Below, piece by piece: positions 20,194 to 29,960 of a stretch of 64,000 nt of DNA. Under the pieces are notes generated by a model. It was not told where the DNA came from. It saw only the letters and a list, made by a program, of their open reading frames with translations, and searched no databases. Every line of letters begins with the position of its first letter. Positions within the stretch are counted from its first letter, which is position 1. A program made the translations under genes and the position numbers. Source of the DNA: an uncultured Kingella sp. (lineage in GTDB: Bacteria; Pseudomonadota; Gammaproteobacteria; Burkholderiales; Neisseriaceae). The stretch spans positions 7,339 through 71,338 of the forward strand of contig CAUSAW010000001.1 of NCBI GenBank assembly GCA_963529725.1, read 5' to 3'.

Positions 20194-20658
20194 ATGCAAG
20201 GCGATAAAGAAGTTTTGGCTTATATGAACGAGTTGTTGGCAGGCGAATTGGCTGCTCGCGACCAATATTTTATTCACTCGCGTATGTATGCCGAATGGGG
20301 CTACAACAAGTTGTTTGAGCGTTTGAATCACGAAATGGAAGAAGAAACGCAGCACGCGGAAGATTTTATTCGCCGTATTTTGATGCTGGGTGGCACACCT
20401 AAAATGACTCCCGATGGCTTGAATATTGGCACAACGGTAAAAGAATGCTTGGAAGCAGATTTGGCAACGGAATTGCACGTGCGCGCGGCGTTGAAAAAAG
20501 GCATTAAATTGTGCGAAGAAAAACAGGATTATGTTACCCGTGAACTGATGGTAGCGCAGTTGAAAGATACTGAAGAAGACCACGCGCATTGGTTGGAACA
20601 ACAGCTTCGCTTGATTACGATGATGGGCGAACAAAATTACTTGCAAAGCCAAGTGTAA
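20194..20658 (+). CDS. bfrA: Bacterioferritin A subunit
   Basis: [32 protein letters not shown] ferroxidase residues. Confidence 0.93.
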   Translation: MQGDKEVLAYMNELLAGELAARDQYFIHSRMYAEWGYNKLFERLNHEMEEETQHAEDFIRRILMLGGTPKMTPDGLNIGTTVKECLEADLATELHVRAALKKGIKLCEEKQDYVTRELMVAQLKDTEEDHAHWLEQQLRLITMMGEQNYLQSQV

Positions 20659-20668
20659 GGAATAGGAG

Positions 20669-21145
20669 ATGCAAGGAGACCGTCAAGTTATCCAGCACCT
20701 GAATAAAAATTTGGGTTTGCTTTTGGTTACGATTAACCAATATTTTTTGCACGCACGTATTTTGAAAAATTGGGGCTTGGAGGAATTGGGTTGCAATTTC
20801 TATAAGCGTTCAATTGTTGAAATGAAGGCGGCGGACGCGATTATTGAACGCGTGCTGTTGCTAGAAGGTTTGCCTAATTTGCAAGAGCTGGGCAAATTGC
20901 TAATCGGCGAATCGCCTGCGGAAATCATTGATTGTGATTTGAAAAAAGAATATGAAAAACACGATGCGCTGATTGCTGCGATTGCGGTTTGCGAAGAGCT
21001 GCAAGATTATGTTTCGCGTGATTTGTTGGAAAAACAAAAGTTTGAAAACGAAGAGCGCATTGATTGGTTGGAAACTCAGCAGGAGTTGATTGCTGATTTG
21101 GGCATTGAAAACTACCTGCAACTCGGGGCGCAAGAGGACGATTAA
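20669..21145 (+). CDS. bfrB: Bacterioferritin B (heme-binding) subunit
   Basis: [19 protein letters not shown] (heme Met), [13 protein letters not shown]. Confidence 0.93.
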   Translation: MQGDRQVIQHLNKNLGLLLVTINQYFLHARILKNWGLEELGCNFYKRSIVEMKAADAIIERVLLLEGLPNLQELGKLLIGESPAEIIDCDLKKEYEKHDALIAAIAVCEELQDYVSRDLLEKQKFENEERIDWLETQQELIADLGIENYLQLGAQEDD

Positions 21146-21185
21146 AACAAACCACTACCAAGCTCTGGTAATCCGAGTAAAAAAG

Positions 21186-21219
21186 AAAACCACCTGCTAT
21201 TTTTTAGCGGGTGGTTTTT
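21186..21219 (+). terminator. Terminator of bfrAB
   Basis: AAAACCACCTGCTA-TTTT-TAGCGGGTGGTTTTT. Confidence 0.75.
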
Positions 21220-21282
21220 ATTTTCAGGCTGCCTTTTGTGAACAAGCAAAGGCAGCCTGAAAAGATATGGGATGCTGCGTTT

Positions 21283-21963
21283 TCAGGCTGCCTGAAATTG
21301 GATAACAACGCGAACGAGCTGAACAATCGCCCAGCTGCTCACCAGCAATCCTGCGCTCAGGCGCAGCCATCTTTTTTGCAGCAGCGCGCGCAGTTGGCTG
21401 GCAAATAAGCCTGAGGCGATAAGATTGGGCAAGGTGCCCAGCCCGAAGGCGAGCAAATATAAGCCGCCCCACAGCGCAGAATTGCTGCCCAGCGCGTAGA
21501 GTGAGGCGTTGTAAACCAAGCCGCATGGCAGCCAGCCCCAAAGCATGCCTGCGCCAAAGCAGGCGGGGATGGTTTGGATGGGGAGCAGTTTGTTGAGCAA
21601 GGGGTTGAGTCGCTGCCAGATGGGTCGCCCGATGTGTTCTATTTTGGCTGCCCATGCAAGGATGTTGGCAAGATAAAGCCCTGTGAACAGCAGCAGCAGA
21701 TTGGCGAGCGCGGCGAGAATGAGTTGCAGGGTATGCGTGTGCGCGAGGGTGCTGCCTAGCTGGGATAGTCCACCCATAAGCGCGCCGATAAGGGCATAAC
21801 TGGTGAGCCTGCCGAGGTTTATCAGGATGATGAGCCAATGGCGTTTGATGTGTGGGGGCAATTGCAGGGCGAAGGCAGTGGATAAGCCGCCGCACATGGC
21901 GATGCAATGCGTGCCGCCGAAGAAGCCAAGTAGAAATAGGGTGAACAGGGTGATGGTGGGCAT
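21283..21963 (-). CDS. Sulfite exporter TauE/SafE-like (DsbD_2) membrane protein
   Basis: HCIAMCGG, GRLTSY, LWGWLPCGLVY, FGLGTLP. Confidence 0.88.
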   Translation of the reverse strand: MPTITLFTLFLLGFFGGTHCIAMCGGLSTAFALQLPPHIKRHWLIILINLGRLTSYALIGALMGGLSQLGSTLAHTHTLQLILAALANLLLLFTGLYLANILAWAAKIEHIGRPIWQRLNPLLNKLLPIQTIPACFGAGMLWGWLPCGLVYNASLYALGSNSALWGGLYLLAFGLGTLPNLIASGLFASQLRALLQKRWLRLSAGLLVSSWAIVQLVRVVIQFQAA

Positions 21964-22195
21964 GGGGTGGTGTGTGCATGAAAAGGGTGGGATTTTACTG
22001 GTTTTGTGGTTTTCAGGCTGCCTTTCGGGGGCAAAAAAGGCTGCTGGATGGATTGGCAACAGCCTTGGGTGTAGCAATAGGCAGCCTGAAAACGGGTAAT
22101 ACGGTTTTTCAGGCTGCCTAATGCCTTTTATTGCGAATATCGTTTACGCACCGTTTAGCATCGCTTAAATAGTGCGTGGCAAAGCCACACAGCCT

Positions 22196-22347
22196 GAAAC
22201 CTTTGCAAAACCTGTAACCGATGGAGCGTCGGTGGCTCGCCGACATATTTTCAATTAACAAAATTACTTTAAATCAACTAATTGGCGATGAGCCGTCGCC
22301 GCTCCATTTTAAATTTCAGGCTGCCGCTGGGATTTTACAAAGGTCTC
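22196..22347. mobile_element. MITE with IS5/IS1106-like terminal inverted repeats
   Basis: GAAACCTTTGCAAAA ... TTTTACAAAGGTCTC, flanked on both sides by AGCCT; no transposase; contains a REP-like doublet. Confidence 0.65.
22223..22305. repeat. REP-like inverted doublet (GGAGC hairpins), copy 1
   Basis: GGAGC-GTCGGTG-GCT-CGCCGAC and inverted GGAGC-GGCGACG-GCT-CATCGCC. Confidence 0.65.
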
Positions 22348-22457
22348 AGCCTACTTGCCGTTGTGTAACAATGCGGTTCATTTCTACAAATAAGGCAGCC
22401 TGAAAACGGTTGATAAAGCCCATCCCGTTTTCAGGCTGCCTATTGCACAAAATAGTA

Positions 22458-24239
22458 TTACGCCACTTCGCGATGATAATGCCGCAAGGCGTGTTCTTTG
22501 CGCCGCCCTTGGCTGAATGCCGACACGCGCTTCAAATAGCCAATCACGCGCGTGCCGTAATCAATATCAGGCGAGCCGCACGCGCTGCACGCGTTCAACG
22601 TGCGCTTGTCTATGTGTTCGCATTGGTTGCAAATGGTGATTTTCACATTGGTGCAGAAATAATTGCAGCCCGTTTTGGCGGCGATGTCTAGCAAGGCACG
22701 AAAGCCTGATTGTGGCAGGGCTTCGTCTAAATTCAAATGCAATGCCGATCCGCCGTCCAGCCAGTCTATCAACTCGCGCCCATGCAGCAGGAATTTATCT
22801 AGCGCGTTGGTTTGGTCGTCTTCCACCACATAAAAATAAGAGTTATAGCAATCGCGTGGCACAAAATAGCCGTCTGCCTTATCCCATTTGGCGTTTTTCA
22901 CGCCCAAGTTTTCGGCGGGCACAAATTCGGTGTTGAATTTCACGCCATATTTTGCGCTGGCGACTTTGTTGGCTTCAAAAATAATTTTGAGCCGAGATTG
23001 CACAAAATCCACATATTCGGGCGTGTAGGCAGCCTGAATGCCTTGGCTTTCGGCGGCTTCCACCATGCCGTTGATGCCGATGGTTAAAAATTGCTTATCC
23101 AGCGAAATAAAGCCCGCATCGTAAACAGGCAACAAGCCAGCCGCTTGGTATTCCTCCATCAGCTTGCGATAGGCATATTGATATTGATGGATTTTGTCCA
23201 CTTCGGTGGCAAGGTCGCGCCCATCTTGCACCAAGCGATTCATGTTGATGGTAATCACGTTAATTGACCCCGTTGCCACGCCGCCCGCGCCCAGCGAGTA
23301 GGAAAAAGTGCGGTCTTCAATTTGGTTGCGCAGTCGGCAGCAAGATGCCAGCGAATCGGGGTTGTCGGATTGGTACACAAAAAACGAATTGCCCACGCTT
23401 AATTCGTGCGCCAGCGTGTCGGCAAACTCGCCGTCTTTGCATTTGCCGTGGTCGGTGAGCATGGCGGCGGTTACCACGGGGAAGGTGAGCACCGCTTTGT
23501 TGCGCTCTTGGTTGAACCAATTTAGGAAAAATTTTTGCAAACGCGACACGCTTGCCCACACGGGTTTGGTGAAATCGGGGAACACAAAATCGCCAAACAT
23601 CGCGTCAAAATAATAGCGGTCATACAGCGAAATATTCCAAAACACGCTTTGATAGCCGCGCGCGGCGGCGGGTTGGTTGATGCTGTACACCACTTGCTGC
23701 AAGGCGTTTTCAATCTCGCTGCGGTGGGTGGTCAAATAATCGTTGCCAAAATCTTTGCGGGCGAAGTAGTCAAAATAAGTTAAAAATTCCACCGTTGCCA
23801 CCGCGCCTGCAAATTGCGCGCTCACGGCAAACACAAAATTGATAAACGAGCCGCAAAACGATGCCAAATGCTGCGGCGCGCGCGATTCACCGCCCAATTT
23901 AGTCAGCCCATCGCGCAAAAACGGATACATGGTTACCGACACGCAATAAGGTTTCAGGCTGGTTTCATCGTGCACATAAATCTCATGTGCCTCAATCTGG
24001 CGCACATATTCGCGCGCCAAATCGTCGCCAAATAATTCGCCAATTTTGCGCGACACTTGGGCGCGGTTAATTTGCACGAAAACGTCTTTAAGCAACTCGC
24101 TTTCCAACGTGGCGATGTTTTTATGGGTAACGTTGGCGTTGGCATCCATGGTTGAGCCGTCCGCCGCGTTATGCGCCGCCATGTAGTGTTGGATAAAGCT
24201 GAGTTTGGATTGGATTTGTTCGGGATACAGCCGAAGCAT
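22458..24239 (-). CDS. nrdD: Anaerobic (class III) ribonucleoside-triphosphate reductase without ATP-cone
   Basis: HEIYVHD, PYC, LTFPV, ASCCRL, PAENL, CNQC/CSAC Zn site, RVIGYL glycyl-radical motif. Confidence 0.93.
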   Translation of the reverse strand: MLRLYPEQIQSKLSFIQHYMAAHNAADGSTMDANANVTHKNIATLESELLKDVFVQINRAQVSRKIGELFGDDLAREYVRQIEAHEIYVHDETSLKPYCVSVTMYPFLRDGLTKLGGESRAPQHLASFCGSFINFVFAVSAQFAGAVATVEFLTYFDYFARKDFGNDYLTTHRSEIENALQQVVYSINQPAAARGYQSVFWNISLYDRYYFDAMFGDFVFPDFTKPVWASVSRLQKFFLNWFNQERNKAVLTFPVVTAAMLTDHGKCKDGEFADTLAHELSVGNSFFVYQSDNPDSLASCCRLRNQIEDRTFSYSLGAGGVATGSINVITINMNRLVQDGRDLATEVDKIHQYQYAYRKLMEEYQAAGLLPVYDAGFISLDKQFLTIGINGMVEAAESQGIQAAYTPEYVDFVQSRLKIIFEANKVASAKYGVKFNTEFVPAENLGVKNAKWDKADGYFVPRDCYNSYFYVVEDDQTNALDKFLLHGRELIDWLDGGSALHLNLDEALPQSGFRALLDIAAKTGCNYFCTNVKITICNQCEHIDKRTLNACSACGSPDIDYGTRVIGYLKRVSAFSQGRRKEHALRHYHREVA

Positions 24240-24362
24240 GATGTTCTCCAATGTGTGAGTGAGTGGTTGAAAAAACGCTGCTGCCCTTTTCAGGCTGCCT
24301 GATAAAGAACCGCAGCAGGGGAAACTGTTTTTATTGTGATTTACCAGTAGGCAGCCTGAAAT

Positions 24363-24875
24363 CTATTGCCGCCGCCAAAACAACGCCGTTAAATCTTCGC
24401 CTGTTTGCAAATCGGTAAACCGCTGATTAGTGGTCGGACTATCCAGCCCACCACGTTCAGGCAGCCATCGCCCCGTTTTCAAAAACGACAATTCGGGCAA
24501 CAACATCGGCGGCACTTCATCGCGCTCCAAGCCCGTGTATAAACACGTTTTTAAGCCAAATTCATCGCGCGCCACCCGCAGCAAAGCCAACAGATTTTCA
24601 GGCTGCCATTCGCCGCCCAAAAACAGCACGCAAGTGAGCAAACCCGCATACCGCCGCAGCCGCTCGCGCAAATACGCCACCGACAACGCTTCGCCCAAGC
24701 CCGCTTTCCACGAATCCGCGCTATGGCAGCCCACGCAACGCAAAGGGCAGCCTGAAAGCAAAAACGCCAACGACACTTCATTAGGCACTTCCTGCCACAC
24801 AATTTCTTCGCGCGTAAAGCGCAGCGGCGGCAGCACAGACGGCGCATCTTTATAGTGAAGCAAAATTACATTCAT
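24363..24875 (-). CDS. nrdG: NrdD activating radical-SAM enzyme
   Basis: CPLRCVGCHS radical SAM motif, GGEW, LKTGRW, TTNQRF; start uncertain. Confidence 0.88.
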   Translation of the reverse strand: MNVILLHYKDAPSVLPPLRFTREEIVWQEVPNEVSLAFLLSGCPLRCVGCHSADSWKAGLGEALSVAYLRERLRRYAGLLTCVLFLGGEWQPENLLALLRVARDEFGLKTCLYTGLERDEVPPMLLPELSFLKTGRWLPERGGLDSPTTNQRFTDLQTGEDLTALFWRRQ

Positions 24876-24945
24876 AAAAATAACCAATAGGACAAAGTAA
24901 AAAATTGCCCTAAAAGCCATTGGGTTTAGGGTGAAAACGGAACGA

Positions 24946-24987
24946 AGTTTATGCCTAATCGCGGTTACAAAAATTGACGCACATCAA
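24946..24987 (-). promoter_or_regulatory. FNR box with class II promoter for nrdGD
   Basis: TTGAC-GCAC-ATCAA at 24974-24987; minus-strand -10 TAAACT at 24951-24946 puts the FNR centre at about -41.5. Confidence 0.7.
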
Positions 24988-25118
24988 ATTTAAACATTCG
25001 TAAATTACGAATGTTTGCTAAGTTACGGAAAATATGGAAAACAAATTTGCGTCGCGCATTTTCATTTTCAGGCTGCCAAATGGCGGATGGCGGGTTCGTT
25101 CTATTGTAGAGCAAGCAA

Positions 25119-25134
25119 GCACAATATATTGTTT
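25119..25134. promoter_or_regulatory. Possible NrdR box
   Basis: GCACAATATATTGTTT fits the CwAtATaTwG core, in the nrdG-dapC divergent region; no clear second box. Confidence 0.35.
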
Positions 25135-25300
25135 ATCAAGCGATTTATTTACAAATAATGCAAACGGGTCTTCAGGCTGCCTGCCCTGCGAAGTAGAGCC
25201 GCACAGCGAAAACGCTTTATAATGCCGTCTCTTTTGATGCAACCTGAAACGCCGCAACCTAAAACACCATCCCACGCTGCCCAAACCACAAGGATAACCC

Positions 25301-26488
25301 ATGAACAGCCATCTCAATCAACTTCACCCCTATCCATTCGCCCGCCTGCGCGAAGCCATGCAAGGCATTGCGCCACCCGATGGCATCAGCGAAATCCCGC
25401 TTTATATCGGCGAGCCCAAACATCCCACGCCGCCCGTGCTCACCGATGCGCTGATTGCCGCGCTGCCCGAGCTGTCCAAATACCCCGCTGCGCTGGGCTT
25501 GCCCGAGCTACGCCAAGCCTGCGCCAACTGGTTGCGCCGCCGTTATGACGGCTTAACGCTGAACCCCAACACGCAAATTTTGCCGATATTGGGCAGCCGC
25601 GAGGCGTTGTTTTCCTTTGTTCAGGCTGCGCTTGACCCTGTTGCCGGCGAAAAGCCTGTGGTGGTGTCGCCCAATCCGTTTTACCAAATCTACGAGGGCG
25701 CAACGCTGCTGGGCAACGGCGAGATTGTGTACGCCAACACCGTCGCGCCGCGTTTTTTGCCCGATTGGGGCAGCGTGCCCGCCGAAAAATGGGCGCGTTG
25801 CAAAATTGTATTCGTGTGCTCGCCTGATAACCCCACGGGCAGCGTTTTAACGCGCGATGATTGGGCACAATTGTTTGAATTACAAGATAAATACGGCTTT
25901 ATCATCGCCTCCGATGAATGCTATGCCGAAATCTATTTTGATGGACAAAAACCCATCGGTTGCCTGCAAGCCGCTGCCGAATTGGGGCGCACGTTTGACA
26001 ACATCATCATGTTCACCAGCCTGTCCAAACGCTCCAACGCGCCCAGTTTGCGCTCGGGCTTTGTGGCAGGCGATGAAAAATTGCTGAAACCGTTTTTGCT
26101 GTATCGCACCTACCACGGCAGCGCGATGAGTTTACCCGTGCAACGCGCCAGCATCGCCGCTTGGAACGATGAAGCCCACGTTGAAGCCAACCGCCACGCC
26201 TATCAGCAAAAATTTGACCGCGTTGTGCCCATTTTGCGGCAAAAATTCAATGTAACCATGCCGCAAGCTTCGTTCTACATTTGGCTGCCCATCCCCGATG
26301 GCGACGATTTGCGCTTCACGCAAGAACTCTACCGCGCAACAGGTGTGCAAGTGTTGCCCGGGCGATTTTTTGCCCGCGACACGGAGCACGGCAACCCCGG
26401 CAAGGGCTATGTTCGCATTGCCTTGGTGGACGAAATAGAAAAATGCGTGGAAGCGGCAGAGCGCATCATAGCTTGGTATCAGGCGTAA
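25301..26488 (+). CDS. dapC: Succinyldiaminopimelate aminotransferase
   Basis: LHPYPFARL, GSREALF, PNPFYQIYEGA, SLSKRSN PLP lysine. Confidence 0.9.
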   Translation: MNSHLNQLHPYPFARLREAMQGIAPPDGISEIPLYIGEPKHPTPPVLTDALIAALPELSKYPAALGLPELRQACANWLRRRYDGLTLNPNTQILPILGSREALFSFVQAALDPVAGEKPVVVSPNPFYQIYEGATLLGNGEIVYANTVAPRFLPDWGSVPAEKWARCKIVFVCSPDNPTGSVLTRDDWAQLFELQDKYGFIIASDECYAEIYFDGQKPIGCLQAAAELGRTFDNIIMFTSLSKRSNAPSLRSGFVAGDEKLLKPFLLYRTYHGSAMSLPVQRASIAAWNDEAHVEANRHAYQQKFDRVVPILRQKFNVTMPQASFYIWLPIPDGDDLRFTQELYRATGVQVLPGRFFARDTEHGNPGKGYVRIALVDEIEKCVEAAERIIAWYQA

Positions 26489-26661
26489 AAACATTTTCAG
26501 GCTGCCTTTGGCGTTGATTGGCAGCCTGAAAATACTTGTTTTCATAGTTTGCAAAACAGCGCTGTTAAACAGCATCTCTTTATCACCATCAGGCAGCCTG
26601 AAAACCGCCCTACCCCATTTTCAGGCTGCCTATTTACCATATTCACCAAAGATCACACATC

Positions 26662-27429
26662 ATGCAAGAAAACAAATACACCACCGAACAAATCCTATGG
26701 GTAAAACACCATAGCCCCACCCACATCACCTTCGCCATCACCCGCCCCGAAAGTTTCCGCTTCGCCGCAGGGCAGTTCGCCCGCCTCGGCTTTACCCAAG
26801 GCGAAGGCTATATTTGGCGCGCCTACTCCATCACCTCCGCCGAATACGCCGACACGCTGGAGTTTTTTGCCATTTTAATTCCCGATGGCGAAATGTCTGC
26901 CAAACTCGCCACCATGCAAGCGGGCGACAGCATCCTGTTAGACAAAACCGCGCAAGGCTTCTTCCTGCCCGAGCGTTTTCCCGATGGCGACGATTTAATC
27001 ATGCTCTGCACAGGTTCAGGCATCGCCCCCTTTCTCTCCATTATTCAGCAGCCTGAAATTTGGCAACGCTTTAACACGCTTGCCCTTGCCCACAGCGTGT
27101 CGCACAACAAAGATTTGATTTTTAACGACTACATCGCTAGCCTTGCCGAGCATCCGTTGGTGGGCGAGTATTACGCCAAACTGCGCTTTGTTCCCATCAC
27201 CACCCGCGAAACCGATAGCGAGCGACTGCATTTCAGGCTGCCTGAAAGCCTGCGCAACGGCAGTTTAAGCCAAGCGTTTAATCTCACATTCAGCAAAGAG
27301 CGCAGCCGCTTTATGCTCTGCGGCAATCCCAGCATGGTGCAAGACACATTCAAAGCCCTGCTAGACCAAGGCTTCGCCATGCACCGCAACAAAATCCCAG
27401 GGCAAATCATGATGGAAAACGGCTTCTAA
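26662..27429 (+). CDS. fpr: Ferredoxin--NADP+ reductase
   Basis: GQFARLG, WRAYS, TGSGIAPF, MLCGNP. Confidence 0.9.
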   Translation: MQENKYTTEQILWVKHHSPTHITFAITRPESFRFAAGQFARLGFTQGEGYIWRAYSITSAEYADTLEFFAILIPDGEMSAKLATMQAGDSILLDKTAQGFFLPERFPDGDDLIMLCTGSGIAPFLSIIQQPEIWQRFNTLALAHSVSHNKDLIFNDYIASLAEHPLVGEYYAKLRFVPITTRETDSERLHFRLPESLRNGSLSQAFNLTFSKERSRFMLCGNPSMVQDTFKALLDQGFAMHRNKIPGQIMMENGF

Positions 27430-27464
27430 ACCCAGCCTTGCCACGTGCCAAAACCGTTTCCAAC

Positions 27465-27478
27465 TTGACACGCATCAA
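27465..27478. promoter_or_regulatory. FNR-like box upstream of lpdA
   Basis: TTGAC-ACGC-ATCAA; TATAAT at 27513-27518. Confidence 0.45.
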
Positions 27479-27594
27479 CCAATCCAACCCCACGCACCGC
27501 CCACAAATAGCGTATAATGCGCCCCGTCATTTCTTTCAGGCTGCCGCCTGAATTATTTTGTAAACACGATAAACCATTATAAGGAAGGTTTAGT

Positions 27595-29376
27595 ATGAGT
27601 TTAGTTGAGCTGAAAGTGCCCGATATTGGCGGACACGAAAATGTAGACATCATTGCCGTAGAAATCAAAGTTGGCGACACCGTTGCCCTTGACGACACCC
27701 TGATTACACTGGAAACCGACAAAGCCACTATGGACGTGCCTGCCGAAGCTGCTGGCGTGATTAAAGAAGTGAAAGTGAAAGTGGGCGACAAAATTTCCGA
27801 AGGCGGCGTGATTGCTGTGGTTGAAGCTGCTGGCGCAGCCGAAGCGCCCAAAGCTACTGCCCCCGCTGCCGAAGCACCCAAAGCCGCAACACCTGCGCCC
27901 CAAGCCGCGCAATTTGCAGGCTCTGCTGATGCCGAATACGATGTAGTGGTATTGGGTGGCGGTCCTGGCGGCTACTCTGCTGCCTTTGCCGCAGCCGATG
28001 AAGGCTTGAAAGTTGCCCTGATTGAGCAATACAGCACACTAGGCGGCGTATGTTTGAACGTGGGTTGCATTCCATCCAAAGCGCTATTGCACAACGCAGC
28101 CGTAATCGACGAAGTGAAACACCTTGCTGCCAACGGCATCAAATTCAACGAACCCGAAATTGACATCAACGGCTTGCGTAGCTACAAAGAAAAAGTCATC
28201 GCCAAATTAACAGGCGGCTTGGCTGGCATGGCAAAAGCGCGCAAAGTGGACATCATTCGCGGTAATGGTCAATTTGTTGGCGCGAACCACATTGAAGTTG
28301 CTTTGACTGAATCCGCTCAATACGAACAAGCCACGCAAACAGGCGAGAAAAAAACCGTTGCCTTCAAAAATGCCATCATCGCCGTGGGCAGCCGCGTGGT
28401 TAAACTGCCATTTATCCCCGAAGATCCACGCATTGTGGATTCAACTGGTGCTTTGGAATTGCGCCAAGTGCCTGAACGCATGCTGATTATCGGCGGCGGC
28501 ATCATTGGCTTGGAAATGGGCACCGTTTACAGCACGCTAGGCGCTCGCTTGGACGTGGTAGAAATGATGGACGGCTTGATGCAAGGCGCTGATCGCGATT
28601 TGGAAAAAGTATGGGAAAAAATGAACGCCCACCGCTTTGACAACATCATGACTGGCACCAAAACTGTTGCCGTGGAAGCCAAAGAAGATGGCATCTACGT
28701 TACCTTTGAAGGCGAAAAAGCCCCCAAAGAACCCCAACGCTACGATTTAGTATTGGTTGCCGCAGGTCGCGCGCCCAACGGCAAACTGTGCTCCGCTGAA
28801 AAAGCAGGCGTGGCAGTAACCGAACGCGGCTTCATTGAAGTGGACAAACAACAACGCACCAACGTGCCACACATCTACGCCATTGGCGACGTGGTGGGAC
28901 AACCCATGCTGGCACACAAAGCCGTTCACGAAGCACACGTTGCCGCAGAAAACTGCGCGGGACACAAAGCCTACTTTGACGCGCGCGTGATTCCGGGTGT
29001 GGCTTACACCGATCCCGAAGTGGCTTGGGTGGGCGTTACCGAAGAAATCGCTAAGCGCGATGGCATTAAAATCACCAAATCTGTGTTCCCTTGGGCAGCA
29101 TCAGGTCGCGCCATTGCCAATGGCCGCGATGAAGGCTTTACTAAACTGATTTTTGACGCGGAAACAGGCTTGATTATCGGCGGCGGCATTGTGGGCACAC
29201 ACGCTGGCGATATGATTGGCGAAATCTGCTTGGCGATTGAAATGGGCTGCGATGCGGTGGATATTGGCAGCACCATCCACCCGCACCCAACCTTGGGCGA
29301 ATCCATCGGCATGGCAGCAGAAGTAGCCAACGGCACTTGCACCGACTTGCCACCACAAAAGAAAGCCAAAAAATAA
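27595..29376 (+). CDS. lpdA: Dihydrolipoamide dehydrogenase with N-terminal lipoyl domain
   Basis: ETDKATMDV lipoyl site, Ala/Pro linker, GGVCLNVGCIPSK, HPHPTLGE. Confidence 0.96.
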   Translation: MSLVELKVPDIGGHENVDIIAVEIKVGDTVALDDTLITLETDKATMDVPAEAAGVIKEVKVKVGDKISEGGVIAVVEAAGAAEAPKATAPAAEAPKAATPAPQAAQFAGSADAEYDVVVLGGGPGGYSAAFAAADEGLKVALIEQYSTLGGVCLNVGCIPSKALLHNAAVIDEVKHLAANGIKFNEPEIDINGLRSYKEKVIAKLTGGLAGMAKARKVDIIRGNGQFVGANHIEVALTESAQYEQATQTGEKKTVAFKNAIIAVGSRVVKLPFIPEDPRIVDSTGALELRQVPERMLIIGGGIIGLEMGTVYSTLGARLDVVEMMDGLMQGADRDLEKVWEKMNAHRFDNIMTGTKTVAVEAKEDGIYVTFEGEKAPKEPQRYDLVLVAAGRAPNGKLCSAEKAGVAVTERGFIEVDKQQRTNVPHIYAIGDVVGQPMLAHKAVHEAHVAAENCAGHKAYFDARVIPGVAYTDPEVAWVGVTEEIAKRDGIKITKSVFPWAASGRAIANGRDEGFTKLIFDAETGLIIGGGIVGTHAGDMIGEICLAIEMGCDAVDIGSTIHPHPTLGESIGMAAEVANGTCTDLPPQKKAKK

Positions 29377-29472
29377 TCGCTTGATTGTTGATTGACGCAA
29401 AGGCAGCCTGAAAATCGTAAACAGCGTTTTCAGGCTGCCTTTTTACAACTATTTTGCTTGCGGGAAAAACGT

Positions 29473-29805
29473 ATGTCGTACGAACTGTATCTTTTTACCG
29501 AACCAAAATGCTGGATACGGGACAATTTTGCTGTATTGACAAGATTTTTTGCGCAACTGGATTCATTTGAGCAGCAATCCGATGATGTTTATTTATTGAG
29601 AAACAAAGGGCGGAGTGAACGGGAGATGCCCGATGTGGTGTTCCGATTTAATCATGCCGCGTGCGAAGCCATGATGGAAATCAACGCGCATCCAATGCCG
29701 ATAGAAAATGATTTGCTAAAACTTTTTGCCGAAATCAAAAAGCACACCACGCTGGTTATTCAGGATGAAGATGGTGAACAATCTAACTGGAACTTGTGTT
29801 CGTGA
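29473..29805 (+). CDS. Small acidic hypothetical protein (possible orphan immunity protein)
   Basis: 110-aa ORF, lower GC, bracketed by DUS inverted pairs between lpdA and cysE. Confidence 0.6.
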   Translation: MSYELYLFTEPKCWIRDNFAVLTRFFAQLDSFEQQSDDVYLLRNKGRSEREMPDVVFRFNHAACEAMMEINAHPMPIENDLLKLFAEIKKHTTLVIQDEDGEQSNWNLCS

Positions 29806-29960
29806 ACATGAAAAACATGTTGAACACATAGGCAGCCTGAAAAACCATTTTCCATTTTCAGGCTGCCTTATTCATTCCACCGTCCAAAGGCAGCCTGAAA
29901 CCCCTTTATCAATCCCGCAAAACAACGTACCATCCCCCCTTTTTTACGCCTCTGAACACC

